Source: Bacteroidales bacterium | GTDB taxonomy: Bacteria > Bacteroidota > Bacteroidia > Bacteroidales > 4484-276 | DNA length: 64,000 nt | Direction of reading: 5' to 3' | NCBI GenBank assembly: GCA_035647615.1 | Contig: DASRND010000038.1 | Coordinates: 65,274 to 129,273, forward strand | In this document: positions 8,131-17,886 of the stretch, in pieces | Layout of the letters: each line of letters opens with the position of its first letter | How positions within the stretch are numbered: the first letter of the stretch is position 1 | Position numbers and translations under genes: made by a program | Notes under the pieces: generated by a model | The model's input: only the letters and a program-made list of their open reading frames with translations | Told to the model about the DNA's origin: nothing | The model's database searches: none

Positions 8131-8958
8131 ATGAAAATCACCATGAGAAAGCTCACCTTAGCAATACTTTTTGCAATGACCACCCTGTTTTCGGGCGGTT
8201 TGTTTACCTCCTGCTCCAAAGTCCCCATTACCGGACGGCAGCAAATTAACCTGGTTCCCGAGTCGCAGATGGTGTCGATGGCCAATAGCAGTTACAGCGA
8301 ATTTCTGCACGAACACCAGCTCAGCAACGATGCAGCTAAAGTGGCGATGGTGAAAAAGGTAGGCCAAAATATAGCTATAGCCGTAGAACGTTTTATGCGC
8401 GAAAATGGCCTGAGCGATCGCGTCGAAGGCTACAAGTGGGAGTTTAACCTGGTGAAAGAAGATGATGTTCCCAACGCCTGGGCGATGCCCGGCGGCAAGG
8501 TGGTGGTTTATACCGGAATTTTACCTTACACCAAAACCGAAACCGGACTGGCCGTGGTATTGGGGCACGAGATTGCGCACGCCGTTGCCCGTCATGGCAA
8601 CGAACGTATGAGTCAGGGGTTGCTGATCGAAACCGGCGGCACCGCGTTAAATCTGGCGCTGAGCCAGAAACCAGAACAAACCCAAAGCCTTTTTATGATG
8701 GCCTACGGTCTTGGCACACAGGTGGGCATCAGCCTGCCCTACAGCCGTACACACGAAACCGAAGCCGACAAATTGGGTTTGATTTTTATGGCTATGGCAG
8801 GCTACGACCCTCACGAAGCCGTAGAGTTCTGGCAGCGCATGTCGCAAGCGGGCGGGCAAAAGCCACCCGAGTTTCTCAGCACCCACCCAGCCGATCAAAC
8901 GCGCGTTAAAAATCTCCAAAATTACCTGCCCAAAGCTTTGAAATATTACAAGCCATAA
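8131..8958 (+). CDS. M48-family zinc metallopeptidase lipoprotein
   Basis: Lipoprotein signal (GLFTSC), HEIAHAVARH (HExxH) with a downstream E...AD motif, and a WAMPGGKVVVYTG motif. Confidence 0.85.
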   Translation: MKITMRKLTLAILFAMTTLFSGGLFTSCSKVPITGRQQINLVPESQMVSMANSSYSEFLHEHQLSNDAAKVAMVKKVGQNIAIAVERFMRENGLSDRVEGYKWEFNLVKEDDVPNAWAMPGGKVVVYTGILPYTKTETGLAVVLGHEIAHAVARHGNERMSQGLLIETGGTALNLALSQKPEQTQSLFMMAYGLGTQVGISLPYSRTHETEADKLGLIFMAMAGYDPHEAVEFWQRMSQAGGQKPPEFLSTHPADQTRVKNLQNYLPKALKYYKP

Positions 8959-9032
8959 GACTTCAGCAAATCTCTTATCCCACTATCTTTTGATCAGCAC
9001 TAAGCCGGCAGCATATTTTTGTTGAAATATCT

Positions 9033-9040
9033 TACTTTTG
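9033..9040 (+). promoter_or_regulatory. candidate -7 box TACTTTTG directly upstream of the SDR gene
   Basis: Exact TAnnTTTG match ending 4 nt before the ATG at 9045. Confidence 0.35.
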
Positions 9041-9044
9041 TTGG

Positions 9045-9833
9045 ATGATAACACAATCACCCTCCGAAAATAAGCGCTGGACGCTAAGTGGAAAAACAGC
9101 ATTGATTACCGGCAGCACCAAAGGCATCGGCAAGGCCATCGCCGAAGAATTTCTGCAGCTTGGCGCCTCGGTATTTATCACCGGCCGCAACCCCAAAACC
9201 CTGAAGGAAACCACAGACGCTTTCGCTAAATATAAAAACCAGGTGGATAGTGCCGTGGTGGATTTGTCGCTTCCTGCCGACCGCGAAGAACTCGTAGGGC
9301 TGGTGAGTAGCAAATGGGGCAAACTCGACATTCTGGTGAATAATGTGGGAACCAACATCCGAAAAAAAACAGTAGCCTATACCGAAGAGGAGATAGAATA
9401 TCTTTTACAGACAAATCTGAAATCGGCGTTGGATTTATCGCGCAAGCTATTTCTGCCGTTGTGCAATTCGGGCGCCGGCACCATTGTAAACGTTGCTTCC
9501 GTTGCCGGGATAACCGCTTTAAAAACCGGCGCCATTTATGCCATGGCCAAAGCCGCCATGATTCAGATGACCAAAAATCTGGCTGTGGAATGGGCCAAAG
9601 ATCACATTCGTGTAAACGCCGTAGCTCCCTGGTACATCGAAACACCACTGGCAAGACAAGTTCTCAGCGACTTCGACTACCTGAAGTCGGTGCTCGACCG
9701 CACGCCCATGCGCCGCGTAGGCACTCCCGCCGAAGTGGCAAACGCAGTAGCTTTCCTGGCCATGCCCGAAGCATCCTACATCACCGGGCAATGCCTGGCA
9801 GTAGATGGCGGTTTTACCATTTATGGGTTTTAA
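9045..9833 (+). CDS. short-chain dehydrogenase/reductase (tropinone-reductase-like SDR)
   Basis: [16 protein letters not shown] (TGxxxGxG), NNVG, and the catalytic YAMAKAA (YxxxK). Confidence 0.85.
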   Translation: MITQSPSENKRWTLSGKTALITGSTKGIGKAIAEEFLQLGASVFITGRNPKTLKETTDAFAKYKNQVDSAVVDLSLPADREELVGLVSSKWGKLDILVNNVGTNIRKKTVAYTEEEIEYLLQTNLKSALDLSRKLFLPLCNSGAGTIVNVASVAGITALKTGAIYAMAKAAMIQMTKNLAVEWAKDHIRVNAVAPWYIETPLARQVLSDFDYLKSVLDRTPMRRVGTPAEVANAVAFLAMPEASYITGQCLAVDGGFTIYGF

Positions 9834-10498
9834 TGAAAGAACGAAATCCTTTGTCACTAAAAGAGTATAAAATCGTTGCCAACGATGCCATAGCACCGGG
9901 AGTTTATGTACTGCGCTACCGCCGCGATTTTATATTTATTCCCGGGCAAGTGATGGCGGTAGCCCTTGATCCGACGCACCAACCGCGCATGTACAGTATT
10001 GCCAGCGGCATGCAGGACGACGACATCTGGCTGCTTTACAACATCCGTCCGGAAGGTGAACTCACTCCCTCGCTTTCGGAGGCAAAAGCCGGCGACAGCA
10101 TTTTTGCCTCGGCGCCCTCGGGCAGCTTTTATGGCAAGGCAGCGCCGGCAGTTTGGATTGCCTCCGGCACCGGCATCGCTCCATTTGTTTCGATGTGGCG
10201 CTCAGGCATTCGTCGCGACAAGCTGCTGATACATGGCGGCAGGTTTCTGCACTCTTTCTATTTCGCGGAAGAATTTAAAGAAACACTGGGCGAAAATTAC
10301 ATCCGCTGCTGCTCCAACGAAAGCGGCGACGGCCTTTTTCATGGACGCCTCACCACCTGGCTCCAACAGCAGCCAAACCTTCCCACCGACAGGAAATATT
10401 ACCTTTGCGGCAGCGCCGAAATGGTGGTGGAGACACGCGATATTCTTATCGAAAAACAAATCCCTTACGACAATATCGTAGCGGAAATTTATTTTTAA
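9833..10498 (+). CDS. ferredoxin-NADP reductase-like FAD/NAD(P)-binding oxidoreductase
   Basis: RMYSIAS (RxYS FAD motif), ASGTGIAPF (NAD(P) motif) and YLCGSAEM. The start ATG at 9833 overlaps the SDR stop (TAATG). The longer track ORF from 9461 runs out of frame through the SDR gene. Confidence 0.8.
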   Translation: MKERNPLSLKEYKIVANDAIAPGVYVLRYRRDFIFIPGQVMAVALDPTHQPRMYSIASGMQDDDIWLLYNIRPEGELTPSLSEAKAGDSIFASAPSGSFYGKAAPAVWIASGTGIAPFVSMWRSGIRRDKLLIHGGRFLHSFYFAEEFKETLGENYIRCCSNESGDGLFHGRLTTWLQQQPNLPTDRKYYLCGSAEMVVETRDILIEKQIPYDNIVAEIYF

Positions 10499-10520
10499 AA
10501 ATTAAGAAACCAATAATAGC

Positions 10521-11561
10521 ATGGCCAAAGAAGCACTTTTTGGTAAAACCCTCAGCGAGCTGCAAAAGATAGTGACCGACTTCGGTCTACCCGCCTATAC
10601 TGCCAGGCAAATCGCTGGATGGCTTTATCAAAAAGATATTACAACCATTGATGAGATGAGCAACCTGTCGAAAAATGCACGGCTGATGCTCAACGAACAT
10701 TACGAGTTTGGGCTAACGCCATTTACGAAAGTGCAGACTTCGACCGACGGCACCCGTAAATATCTCTTTGCTGCCGGCGATCGTAAGTTTATCGAAGCAG
10801 CCTACATCCCGGAAGAGGAACGCGCCACTTTGTGCGTTTCGTCGCAGGTGGGTTGCAAAATGGGCTGCCTGTTTTGCATGACAGGCAAACAGGGCTTTCA
10901 GAACAACCTCACCGCCGGACAGATCATAAACCAGGTGCGCAGCATTCCGGAAACGGACAAGCTTACCAACATCGTTTACATGGGCATGGGCGAGCCTCTG
11001 GATAACACCGACGAGGTGATGAAAAGCCTTGAGATAATGACCTCGGACTGGGGCTACGGCTGGAGCCCAAAACGCATCACCGTTTCGACTATTGGCATCA
11101 TCCCGGCGATGCGGCTTTTCCTGGCGCAAAGCCAGTGTCATCTGGCGGTGAGCATGCACACACCTTTCGAGGAGGAGCGGCAGAAGCTGATGCCCATCGA
11201 AAATGTGTATAAACTCAGCGAGGTGCTCGAAACCATCCGCAACTTCGACCTGGGGCGCCAGCGTCGGGTATCGTTTGAATACATCATGTTCAAAGGAATC
11301 AACGATACGCCCCGCCACGTAAAAGAGCTGGCACGCATTCTCAACGGCATCCGGTGCCGCATCAATCTTATCAGGTTTCACCCCATCCCCGGCACGCCGC
11401 TGGAGTCGTCGACCGATGAGGTGATCGAACAATTTATGGCAGCACTCAACGAAAAGAAAATCCGCACCACGTTACGCGCTTCACGCGGGCAGGATATTTT
11501 TGCTGCGTGCGGGTTGCTATCGACCAAAGAGCTGGTAAAACGGCAACAGGAGGATTATTGA
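10521..11561 (+). CDS. rlmN: 23S rRNA (adenine2503-C2)/tRNA methyltransferase RlmN (radical SAM)
   Basis: CVSSQVGCKMGCLFCMTG radical-SAM cluster, GMGEPL, and a C-terminal AACG catalytic Cys region. Confidence 0.9.
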   Translation: MAKEALFGKTLSELQKIVTDFGLPAYTARQIAGWLYQKDITTIDEMSNLSKNARLMLNEHYEFGLTPFTKVQTSTDGTRKYLFAAGDRKFIEAAYIPEEERATLCVSSQVGCKMGCLFCMTGKQGFQNNLTAGQIINQVRSIPETDKLTNIVYMGMGEPLDNTDEVMKSLEIMTSDWGYGWSPKRITVSTIGIIPAMRLFLAQSQCHLAVSMHTPFEEERQKLMPIENVYKLSEVLETIRNFDLGRQRRVSFEYIMFKGINDTPRHVKELARILNGIRCRINLIRFHPIPGTPLESSTDEVIEQFMAALNEKKIRTTLRASRGQDIFAACGLLSTKELVKRQQEDY

Positions 11562-11733
11562 TTTGGAATGAAGGCAAAATAAATCTGAACAATTTTAACG
11601 GTGTGGAACGGGAATAAAAGAGAATGAAATTTCTTTAACACCTAAAAAAAGCTCACTAAAAAAATTCGACTTTACCAACGCGATGATAGAGCTGGCATAT
11701 TTTACAAAAAGAAAATCTAAAATTTGAAAATAG

Positions 11734-12624
11734 CTAATGCAGACGAGGCTCCATATGCACAGTAGCCACCATTCCAAGATCTTCCCAAATCTGTTTTTCC
11801 ACTTTCTCCGATAGGTCATGGGCTTCTTCCACAGTCATTTTCGGTGGAAGTTTTACATGAAAAGTCAATTCTTTGTGGTCGCCATATTCGTGGAGATGGA
11901 TATGATGAATACGCAGATCGAGCGAAGTAATTTTTTTAGCGGAAGCGGTAAGATGATGCACCAGATCAGGTTCTGGTGCCTCCCCTAACAACCGGCTCAT
12001 GGCTTGTTTCAAAATTTCGTAGCCGGCCCAAAAAATCATTATGGCTACCAATATCCCCAACACACCATCGACCCACCATAAATATCTTCCCACAAAAATC
12101 CCGACAAGGATTATCGCTGACGAAATAGCATCGGTGCGATGATGCCAGCCGTCGGCGCGCAAAGAACTATAGTTGGTCTTGCGTCCGGCGCGAAAAGCAT
12201 ATTGCGCCAGACCTTCTTTTACAACAATAGAAATGATGGTGACCACGATGGCAATGGTTCCGAAATGAGCGGCTTCGTGTTCGTAGAGCTTACTGATGCT
12301 TTCGCGAATGAATTCGTACGCCACAAAACCAAGCAATGCAGCTATCAGAACGCTGGCAATAAGCTCGGCACGTCCATGGCCAAAAGGATGCTCGTCGTCG
12401 GGTGGCTTGGCCGAAACGCGAGCCCCAAATATGACAACCAGCGAACTCAGCGAATCGGACAGCGTATGCCAGGCATCGGCAACGATGGCTACCGATCCGG
12501 AAATAATACCCGCCCATAACTTGATGGCAAACAGAAAAAGGTTGACAACAACTGACAACCATCCTTCCTGATAAGCAATCCGCGTGTTTTGTTTCGCTTT
12601 ATTTTGATGCTTTGTACCGGACAA
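11734..12624 (-). CDS. cation diffusion facilitator (CDF) family divalent-metal efflux transporter
   Basis: Six predicted TM helices, WHTLSDSLSS and HRTDAISS motifs (HxxxD), and a C-terminal cytoplasmic domain. Confidence 0.85.
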   Translation of the reverse strand: MSGTKHQNKAKQNTRIAYQEGWLSVVVNLFLFAIKLWAGIISGSVAIVADAWHTLSDSLSSLVVIFGARVSAKPPDDEHPFGHGRAELIASVLIAALLGFVAYEFIRESISKLYEHEAAHFGTIAIVVTIISIVVKEGLAQYAFRAGRKTNYSSLRADGWHHRTDAISSAIILVGIFVGRYLWWVDGVLGILVAIMIFWAGYEILKQAMSRLLGEAPEPDLVHHLTASAKKITSLDLRIHHIHLHEYGDHKELTFHVKLPPKMTVEEAHDLSEKVEKQIWEDLGMVATVHMEPRLH

Positions 12625-12732
12625 AATGTTTAGATTTATTTTACAAAAATAACATCAATGAGGCTTTGGACAAATAAAACCTGCGACAAATAACAAAAAT
12701 AATATTATAAAAGACCCCACCCAAAAAATCAA

Positions 12733-13551
12733 TTGAGGTCTCACTTTAAAACAATATTCAGGAATGTTGTTATTTTGCCAACCACAAAAACAAAGAAGTT
12801 GAGATATTTTATCGAGATCATGTACGATGGCGGCAGCTACCACGGCTGGCAGTTGCAACCGGACGACAAAAGTGTACAGGAAGTACTCGAGCAGGCACTT
12901 TTGTACAAAGCTGGTTTGCAAAATCATGTTACAGGCTGCGGCCGCACCGACGCGGGCGTGAGTGCCCGGCAGTTTTTTGCGCATTTCGATTTGCCGCAAA
13001 ACCTTGATGAAAAGAAAGAACAATTGGTGGCTGAGCTCAACCGTTTTCTGCCGCCCGACATTACCGCCCGCCGCATCTTTGCTGTTCCTGACGATGCGCA
13101 CGCACGCTTTGACGCCACCTCACGCACGTACAAATATTACATCTGCTTTCGCAAAAACCCATTTGTGCGGCACCACGCCTGGACCTTCGCAGCGCCATTG
13201 GATGTAGAAAAGATGAATGAAGCTGCCACCAACCTGCTGCAATATTCCGATTTTACCAGCTTTGCTAAGCTTCACACCGACACAAAAACCAACATCTGCA
13301 ACGTGCAGGAGGCATATTGGGAAATACAAGGCGACCTGCTGGTTTTTACAATCAGCGCCGACCGCTTCCTGCGCAACATGGTGCGCGCCATCGTGGGAAC
13401 GCTGGTGGATGTAGGGCGTGGTAAGATAAAACCCGACGCCATCCATCGCATCATCGAAAGCCAAAACCGCAGCCAGGCAGGAATGTCGGTGCCGGCGCAG
13501 GGGCTTTTTCTGGAGCGGGTTGAGTACAATCATCCGTGGATGCCGAAATAA
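12733..13551 (+). CDS. truA: tRNA pseudouridine(38-40) synthase TruA
   Basis: RYFIEIMYDGGSYHGWQ and GCGRTDAGVSA (catalytic Asp). Homology starts at the in-frame TTG at 12799 (M-RYFIEI), which may be the true start. The ATG at 12733 adds 22 non-conserved residues. Confidence 0.85.
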   Translation: MRSHFKTIFRNVVILPTTKTKKLRYFIEIMYDGGSYHGWQLQPDDKSVQEVLEQALLYKAGLQNHVTGCGRTDAGVSARQFFAHFDLPQNLDEKKEQLVAELNRFLPPDITARRIFAVPDDAHARFDATSRTYKYYICFRKNPFVRHHAWTFAAPLDVEKMNEAATNLLQYSDFTSFAKLHTDTKTNICNVQEAYWEIQGDLLVFTISADRFLRNMVRAIVGTLVDVGRGKIKPDAIHRIIESQNRSQAGMSVPAQGLFLERVEYNHPWMPK

Positions 13552-13832
13552 ACAGGACGCATAGCGCGAGGCGCAAGCGATTTGGCTGGGTGCGTAACAC
13601 CTAAACATCCATTGCCTAAACATCATTTGTACCTGCCTTCAGTGGAATAAAACTATTCTATCATTCCAATTTTGCCGGTAACGAAAGTTTTTACATTTTT
13701 GCCTTTCATCATTGGCAGAACAAAAATCGTGTACAACAGCAGAAGCAATATCATACCGCCACCATTGCCCAGAGCAGAAGCCTCACTCCTGCCGACTTCC
13801 ATCATCATTTCATTTTCACTAACTAACGTGCT

Positions 13833-15257
13833 ATGAATCCAATTCTACAAACCATCGACAATGCAATGATCTGGTACAACGAATACATTGGTGGATTTGC
13901 ATTGTTACTGTTACTCATTCCCACCGGATTATATTTCATCATCCGGTTGCGTTTTCTCAACCTCAGGCGGATAGGGCACAGCATCCGGATTGTGGCGGGC
14001 AAGTACGATCAGGCTCACGACGTAGGCGATGTAAACCATTTCAAAGCGCTCACCACCGCCTTATCGGCAACGGTAGGAACAGGAAATATTGTTGGCGTAG
14101 CGCTGGCCATTGGTTGGGGTGGTCCCGGCGCGATTTTCTGGATGTGGGTAACCGGTTTTCTGGGGATGATTTTGAAATATGCCGAATGTACGCTTGCACA
14201 CAAATACCGGAGCTTCAACAGCGACGGATCGGTGTCGGGCGGTCCGATGTATTATATGGAGCACGGACTGAAGAATCAACTCGGTAAGTATGCAAAAGTG
14301 CTGGCGATCGTTTTTGCAATAGCAGCAGTGCTTTGTTCGCTTGGAACGGGCAATATGGCGCAATCCAACTCCATGTCAGGGGCATTATTCGACACCTATA
14401 AAATCGACAAATACGTCTCCGGAGCCATCATTGCATTGCTTGCGCTGCTGGTGGTAGTAGGCGGAATCAAGCGTATTGCGGAGGTAACCTCGCGGTTGGT
14501 ACCTTTTATGGCTGTTGTATATTTTCTAGCCGCGATGCTGATTATCGTTATCGAATATGATCGTATCCCTTATGCTTTCGGGATTATCTTTAGCGATGCC
14601 TTTACCGGCAAGGCTGCCACTGGGGGCTTCTTCGGCTCTGTCTTTCTGATGACCATGCTCATGGGTGTGCGGCGGGGTTTGTTTTCCAATGAGGCCGGAC
14701 AAGGCTCGGCAGCCATAGCGCACGCTGCTGCAAAAACGGATTGGCCTGCGCGCGAAGGTCTGGTAGCTTCGCTGGAACCGCTGGTAGATACCATCATCAT
14801 CTGCACACTCACCGCGCTGATGATCATCCTTACCGGCGCCTGGGAACTCGACAAAGAGGGCGTGACCATGACCACGCGTGCTATGGAGATTGGCCTCACG
14901 CGCATTGGCATCGTTGGCGTGGGAAAACACATCGTGGCCGGCGGGCTGATGCTCTTTGCTTTCTCCACCATTATCGCCTGGGCGTATTATGGCAGCCGTG
15001 CAGTAAATTATCTTTTAGGCGAAAGGTTCATCAAACCCTTCGGGTACATGTATGGACTTTTTGTTTTTCTGGGCAGCATCTGGGGGCTTGATTTGGTTTG
15101 GCATTTTGTTGACATGGTTATCACGCTTATGACCATTCCCAACCTGATAGCACTCCTGCTATTGGCTCCGGTGGTGATGAGCGAAACCCAGAAATATTTC
15201 AGCGCCATGGATGCACTCGAGCCTCCACGGAAAAAACAAAAAGCCGGAAAGCTATGA
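13833..15257 (+). CDS. alanine/glycine:cation symporter (AGCS family)
   Basis: Polytopic membrane protein with TTALSATVGTGNIVGVA, GGPGAIFWMW and FSNEAGQGSAAIAHAAA motifs. Confidence 0.85.
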   Translation: MNPILQTIDNAMIWYNEYIGGFALLLLLIPTGLYFIIRLRFLNLRRIGHSIRIVAGKYDQAHDVGDVNHFKALTTALSATVGTGNIVGVALAIGWGGPGAIFWMWVTGFLGMILKYAECTLAHKYRSFNSDGSVSGGPMYYMEHGLKNQLGKYAKVLAIVFAIAAVLCSLGTGNMAQSNSMSGALFDTYKIDKYVSGAIIALLALLVVVGGIKRIAEVTSRLVPFMAVVYFLAAMLIIVIEYDRIPYAFGIIFSDAFTGKAATGGFFGSVFLMTMLMGVRRGLFSNEAGQGSAAIAHAAAKTDWPAREGLVASLEPLVDTIIICTLTALMIILTGAWELDKEGVTMTTRAMEIGLTRIGIVGVGKHIVAGGLMLFAFSTIIAWAYYGSRAVNYLLGERFIKPFGYMYGLFVFLGSIWGLDLVWHFVDMVITLMTIPNLIALLLLAPVVMSETQKYFSAMDALEPPRKKQKAGKL

Positions 15258-15328
15258 CGAATATGCTCTAAAAGGCTTATCATTGCAATGATTTTTATTA
15301 AAAAGAGTAAAACAAAACAGGTGATTTA

Positions 15329-16693
15329 ATGAAAAAATTTGATTTCAGCCATCGCGATAGTTTTTCGTCAAAAGCAGGCGTGATAGCTGCCGCAGCAGGC
15401 TCGGCGATAGGCCTGGGCAACATCTGGCGGTTTCCGTATGTTGCAGGAGAAAATGGCGGCGGCGCTTTTTTGATTATTTACATCGGTTTTATCTTCCTTA
15501 TCGGGATGCCCGTGATGCTCTCGGAGCTGATCATCGGACGACGCGCCCAGCGAAATCCCTTTGGCGCCTTCAAGCTGCTAAAACCGCGACAGCCGTGGTA
15601 CCTGATCGGGCTGATGGGCATCGGTGCAGCTTTTATGATTCTGGCTTTCTACACCACCATTGCCGGCTGGACGCTCGAATATCTTTATCAATCCATCATC
15701 GACGGCTTCAGCGGCAAATCGACCGAAGAGCTGCGCACGGGCTTCGACATCTTTCAGCAAAGTGGCTGGATGCCGGTAATATGGCAGATTGTTTTTATGT
15801 TTTTCACGGCAGCCATTGTGTGGATGGGTGTAAAAAACGGCATCGAGAAATACTCCAAAATCCTGATGCCCATATTGTTGCTGATTATTATCATCATCTC
15901 CATCCGTTCGATAACGCTGCCGGGCGCCAGGGCAGGAATAGAGTTTTTGTTTAAACCTGATTTTTCAAAAATCAATGCAAAAGCAGTTCTCGAAGCACTG
16001 GGGCAGGCTTTCTTCTCATTGAGTATTGGTATGGGTACAATGATCACCTATGGATCGTATATTTCCAAAAAAGATAATCTTACTTCCACCGCTTTTGCCG
16101 TGTCTGGTGCCGATACGCTGATAGCTGTGCTTGCCGGCGTGGCCATTTTTCCGGCTGTTTTTGCCTTTGGCATCGACCCTGCAGCTGGCGAAGGCCTGGT
16201 TTTTATCACGCTTCCCAATATTTTTCAACAGATGCCCGGCGGGTACTTTTGGGCACTCCTGTTTTTTATCTTACTTGCAGTGGCAGCGCTCACTTCTACC
16301 ATTTCGCTACTGGAGGTGGTGGTAGCCTATTTTAGCGAAGAGCTTAACATTCCTCGAAAGAAGGCTACTGCCATTGCAGCAGCGCTTGTCACTGTGCTGG
16401 GGATTGGCTGTACCCTTTCGCAAGGCTCTTGTAAGCATTTGCGACTGTGGGGCGACAGCCTGTTTGGCGATCTGGAATATTTGTCGGCCAATGTGCTGCT
16501 TCCGCTGGGTGGCTTGCTCATCGTAACTTTTGTAGCCTGGTTTATGGGACGCAAAACGGTGTATGCTGAATTGTCGAATGAAGGCACTCTACGCATACGA
16601 TTTTTTAAAATATTTTTGTATATCATCCGCTTTTTGGCGCCGGTAGCCATTGCTTTGGTATTTATGAACGGCGTTGGACTTTATAATTTTTAA
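15329..16693 (+). CDS. sodium-dependent transporter, neurotransmitter:sodium symporter (SNF) family
   Basis: GSAIGLGNIWRFPY signature, about 11-12 TM segments, and a GGGAFLI motif. Confidence 0.85.
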   Translation: MKKFDFSHRDSFSSKAGVIAAAAGSAIGLGNIWRFPYVAGENGGGAFLIIYIGFIFLIGMPVMLSELIIGRRAQRNPFGAFKLLKPRQPWYLIGLMGIGAAFMILAFYTTIAGWTLEYLYQSIIDGFSGKSTEELRTGFDIFQQSGWMPVIWQIVFMFFTAAIVWMGVKNGIEKYSKILMPILLLIIIIISIRSITLPGARAGIEFLFKPDFSKINAKAVLEALGQAFFSLSIGMGTMITYGSYISKKDNLTSTAFAVSGADTLIAVLAGVAIFPAVFAFGIDPAAGEGLVFITLPNIFQQMPGGYFWALLFFILLAVAALTSTISLLEVVVAYFSEELNIPRKKATAIAAALVTVLGIGCTLSQGSCKHLRLWGDSLFGDLEYLSANVLLPLGGLLIVTFVAWFMGRKTVYAELSNEGTLRIRFFKIFLYIIRFLAPVAIALVFMNGVGLYNF

Positions 16694-16788
16694 AATAAAA
16701 AAGCAGGTGCTTCAATGCCTTGCAGAAGGACAAATATTATTCTATTTTTGTTAAAAATTGAGGCACATTGGTAAAACGGGATTTATAG

Positions 16789-17886
16789 ATGAGACCATTT
16801 ATGTTTATCACCCGACGGCAACGCATGGGACTGTTCTTTTTGACAGGGAGCATCTTCTTGCTGGTGGTTCTGTATTTTACCATGGGTTTATTTTTCCATC
16901 CCGAGAATTTATCTGATCAAAATTTTGAAAACGAAATAGAAGCGCACACCGATGCAGCAGAGCCACAAGCAATTGCCAGCCACTTCAATTATTTCCCTTT
17001 CGACCCCAACATCATCGGCAAAACGCAGATGCTGGAGCTTGGCCTCACGAACCATCAGGCTGATATGATAATAAAATACCGGGACGCAGGAGGGTGGTTT
17101 TATAATGCCAAAGATTTCGGAAAGATTTATGCCATCAGCGATGCAGAGTATGAGCTTTTGAAACCTTATATTATTATAGGCCAGCAAAACCAAAACGTAG
17201 TAAAAAGTCCAAAAGCAGTACAAACAGCTCTATTTGGCTTCGATCCAAACAGCGCCGACAGCACGCAACTCATGGCTTTAGGGCTGAGCACCTACCAAAC
17301 AGCAAATATTCTGAAATACAGAAAGGCCGGCGGCACCTTTACGTCAAAAAAAGATTTCAACAAAATTTATGGTATTGATGCCGACACTTATCAAAATATG
17401 GAAAAGTACATCCTGCTGCCCTCGGAAATTAACACCCCGCCAGCAACAACAGAGGCTGCCGGGCACCTGGAACTTATCGAAATCAATACCGCCAACACAC
17501 TGGAATTGTGCAAGCTGAAAGGCATCGGGGAAGTATACGCAAATCGCATTACTGCTTACCGCGATAAGTTGGGCGGCTTTTTTGACAAATCACAGCTTCT
17601 CGAAATATACGGTATCGATACAAGTCGCTATGCGATGTTTGCTCCTCAAGTGGTTATCGACAAATCGGTTATCCGCCGTATCAACATCAACGACGCCACT
17701 TTCGACATTTTGCTTAAGCATCCTTACCTTGAATATTATATTGTAAAAGAAATCTTCAGCTATCGCGAAACCATTGGAGTTTTCGACTCGATAGCGCAGC
17801 TCAAAAACATCTCTCTGATCTATGATCAGTTGTATTTTAAAATAGCGCCCTATCTCACCACAGTAAAACGAAAGGATTTGCCTTGA
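16789..17886 (+). CDS. membrane-anchored helix-hairpin-helix (ComEA-like) repeat protein
   Basis: N-terminal TM helix followed by three ComEA-type HhH modules (for example INTANTLELCKLKGIGEVYANRITAYRDKLGGF). Confidence 0.7.
   Translation: MRPFMFITRRQRMGLFFLTGSIFLLVVLYFTMGLFFHPENLSDQNFENEIEAHTDAAEPQAIASHFNYFPFDPNIIGKTQMLELGLTNHQADMIIKYRDAGGWFYNAKDFGKIYAISDAEYELLKPYIIIGQQNQNVVKSPKAVQTALFGFDPNSADSTQLMALGLSTYQTANILKYRKAGGTFTSKKDFNKIYGIDADTYQNMEKYILLPSEINTPPATTEAAGHLELIEINTANTLELCKLKGIGEVYANRITAYRDKLGGFFDKSQLLEIYGIDTSRYAMFAPQVVIDKSVIRRININDATFDILLKHPYLEYYIVKEIFSYRETIGVFDSIAQLKNISLIYDQLYFKIAPYLTTVKRKDLP

Noticed and set aside
9461-9832. The 5' extension of the FNR-like ORF (track start 9461).
   Set aside because: This part overlaps the SDR gene out of frame and translates to Arg/His/Ser-rich nonsense. 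Homology begins at the ATG at 9833.
10713-11432. Long antisense or out-of-frame ORFs inside well-supported genes. Examples: 10713-11432 in rlmN, 22170-22889 across hldD and the amidotransferase, 41790-42470 in rplE, 48791-49516 in fusA, 56124-56951 in ftsY, 12139-12571 in the CDF gene, and 14526-14971 in the AGCS gene.
   Set aside because: Each overlaps a gene with unmistakable conserved motifs on the other strand or frame. Their translations are low-complexity or Arg/His-rich with no family resemblance.
13552-13832. Possible glycine riboswitch or other leader upstream of the alanine/glycine:cation symporter.
   Set aside because: I looked for the glycine-riboswitch core (GGAGAG...CACCG...CTCAGGC...GGAC) on the plus strand and did not find it. 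Only a 10-bp direct repeat, CCTAAACATC (x2, about 13597-13628), was seen. A cmscan would be needed to be certain.
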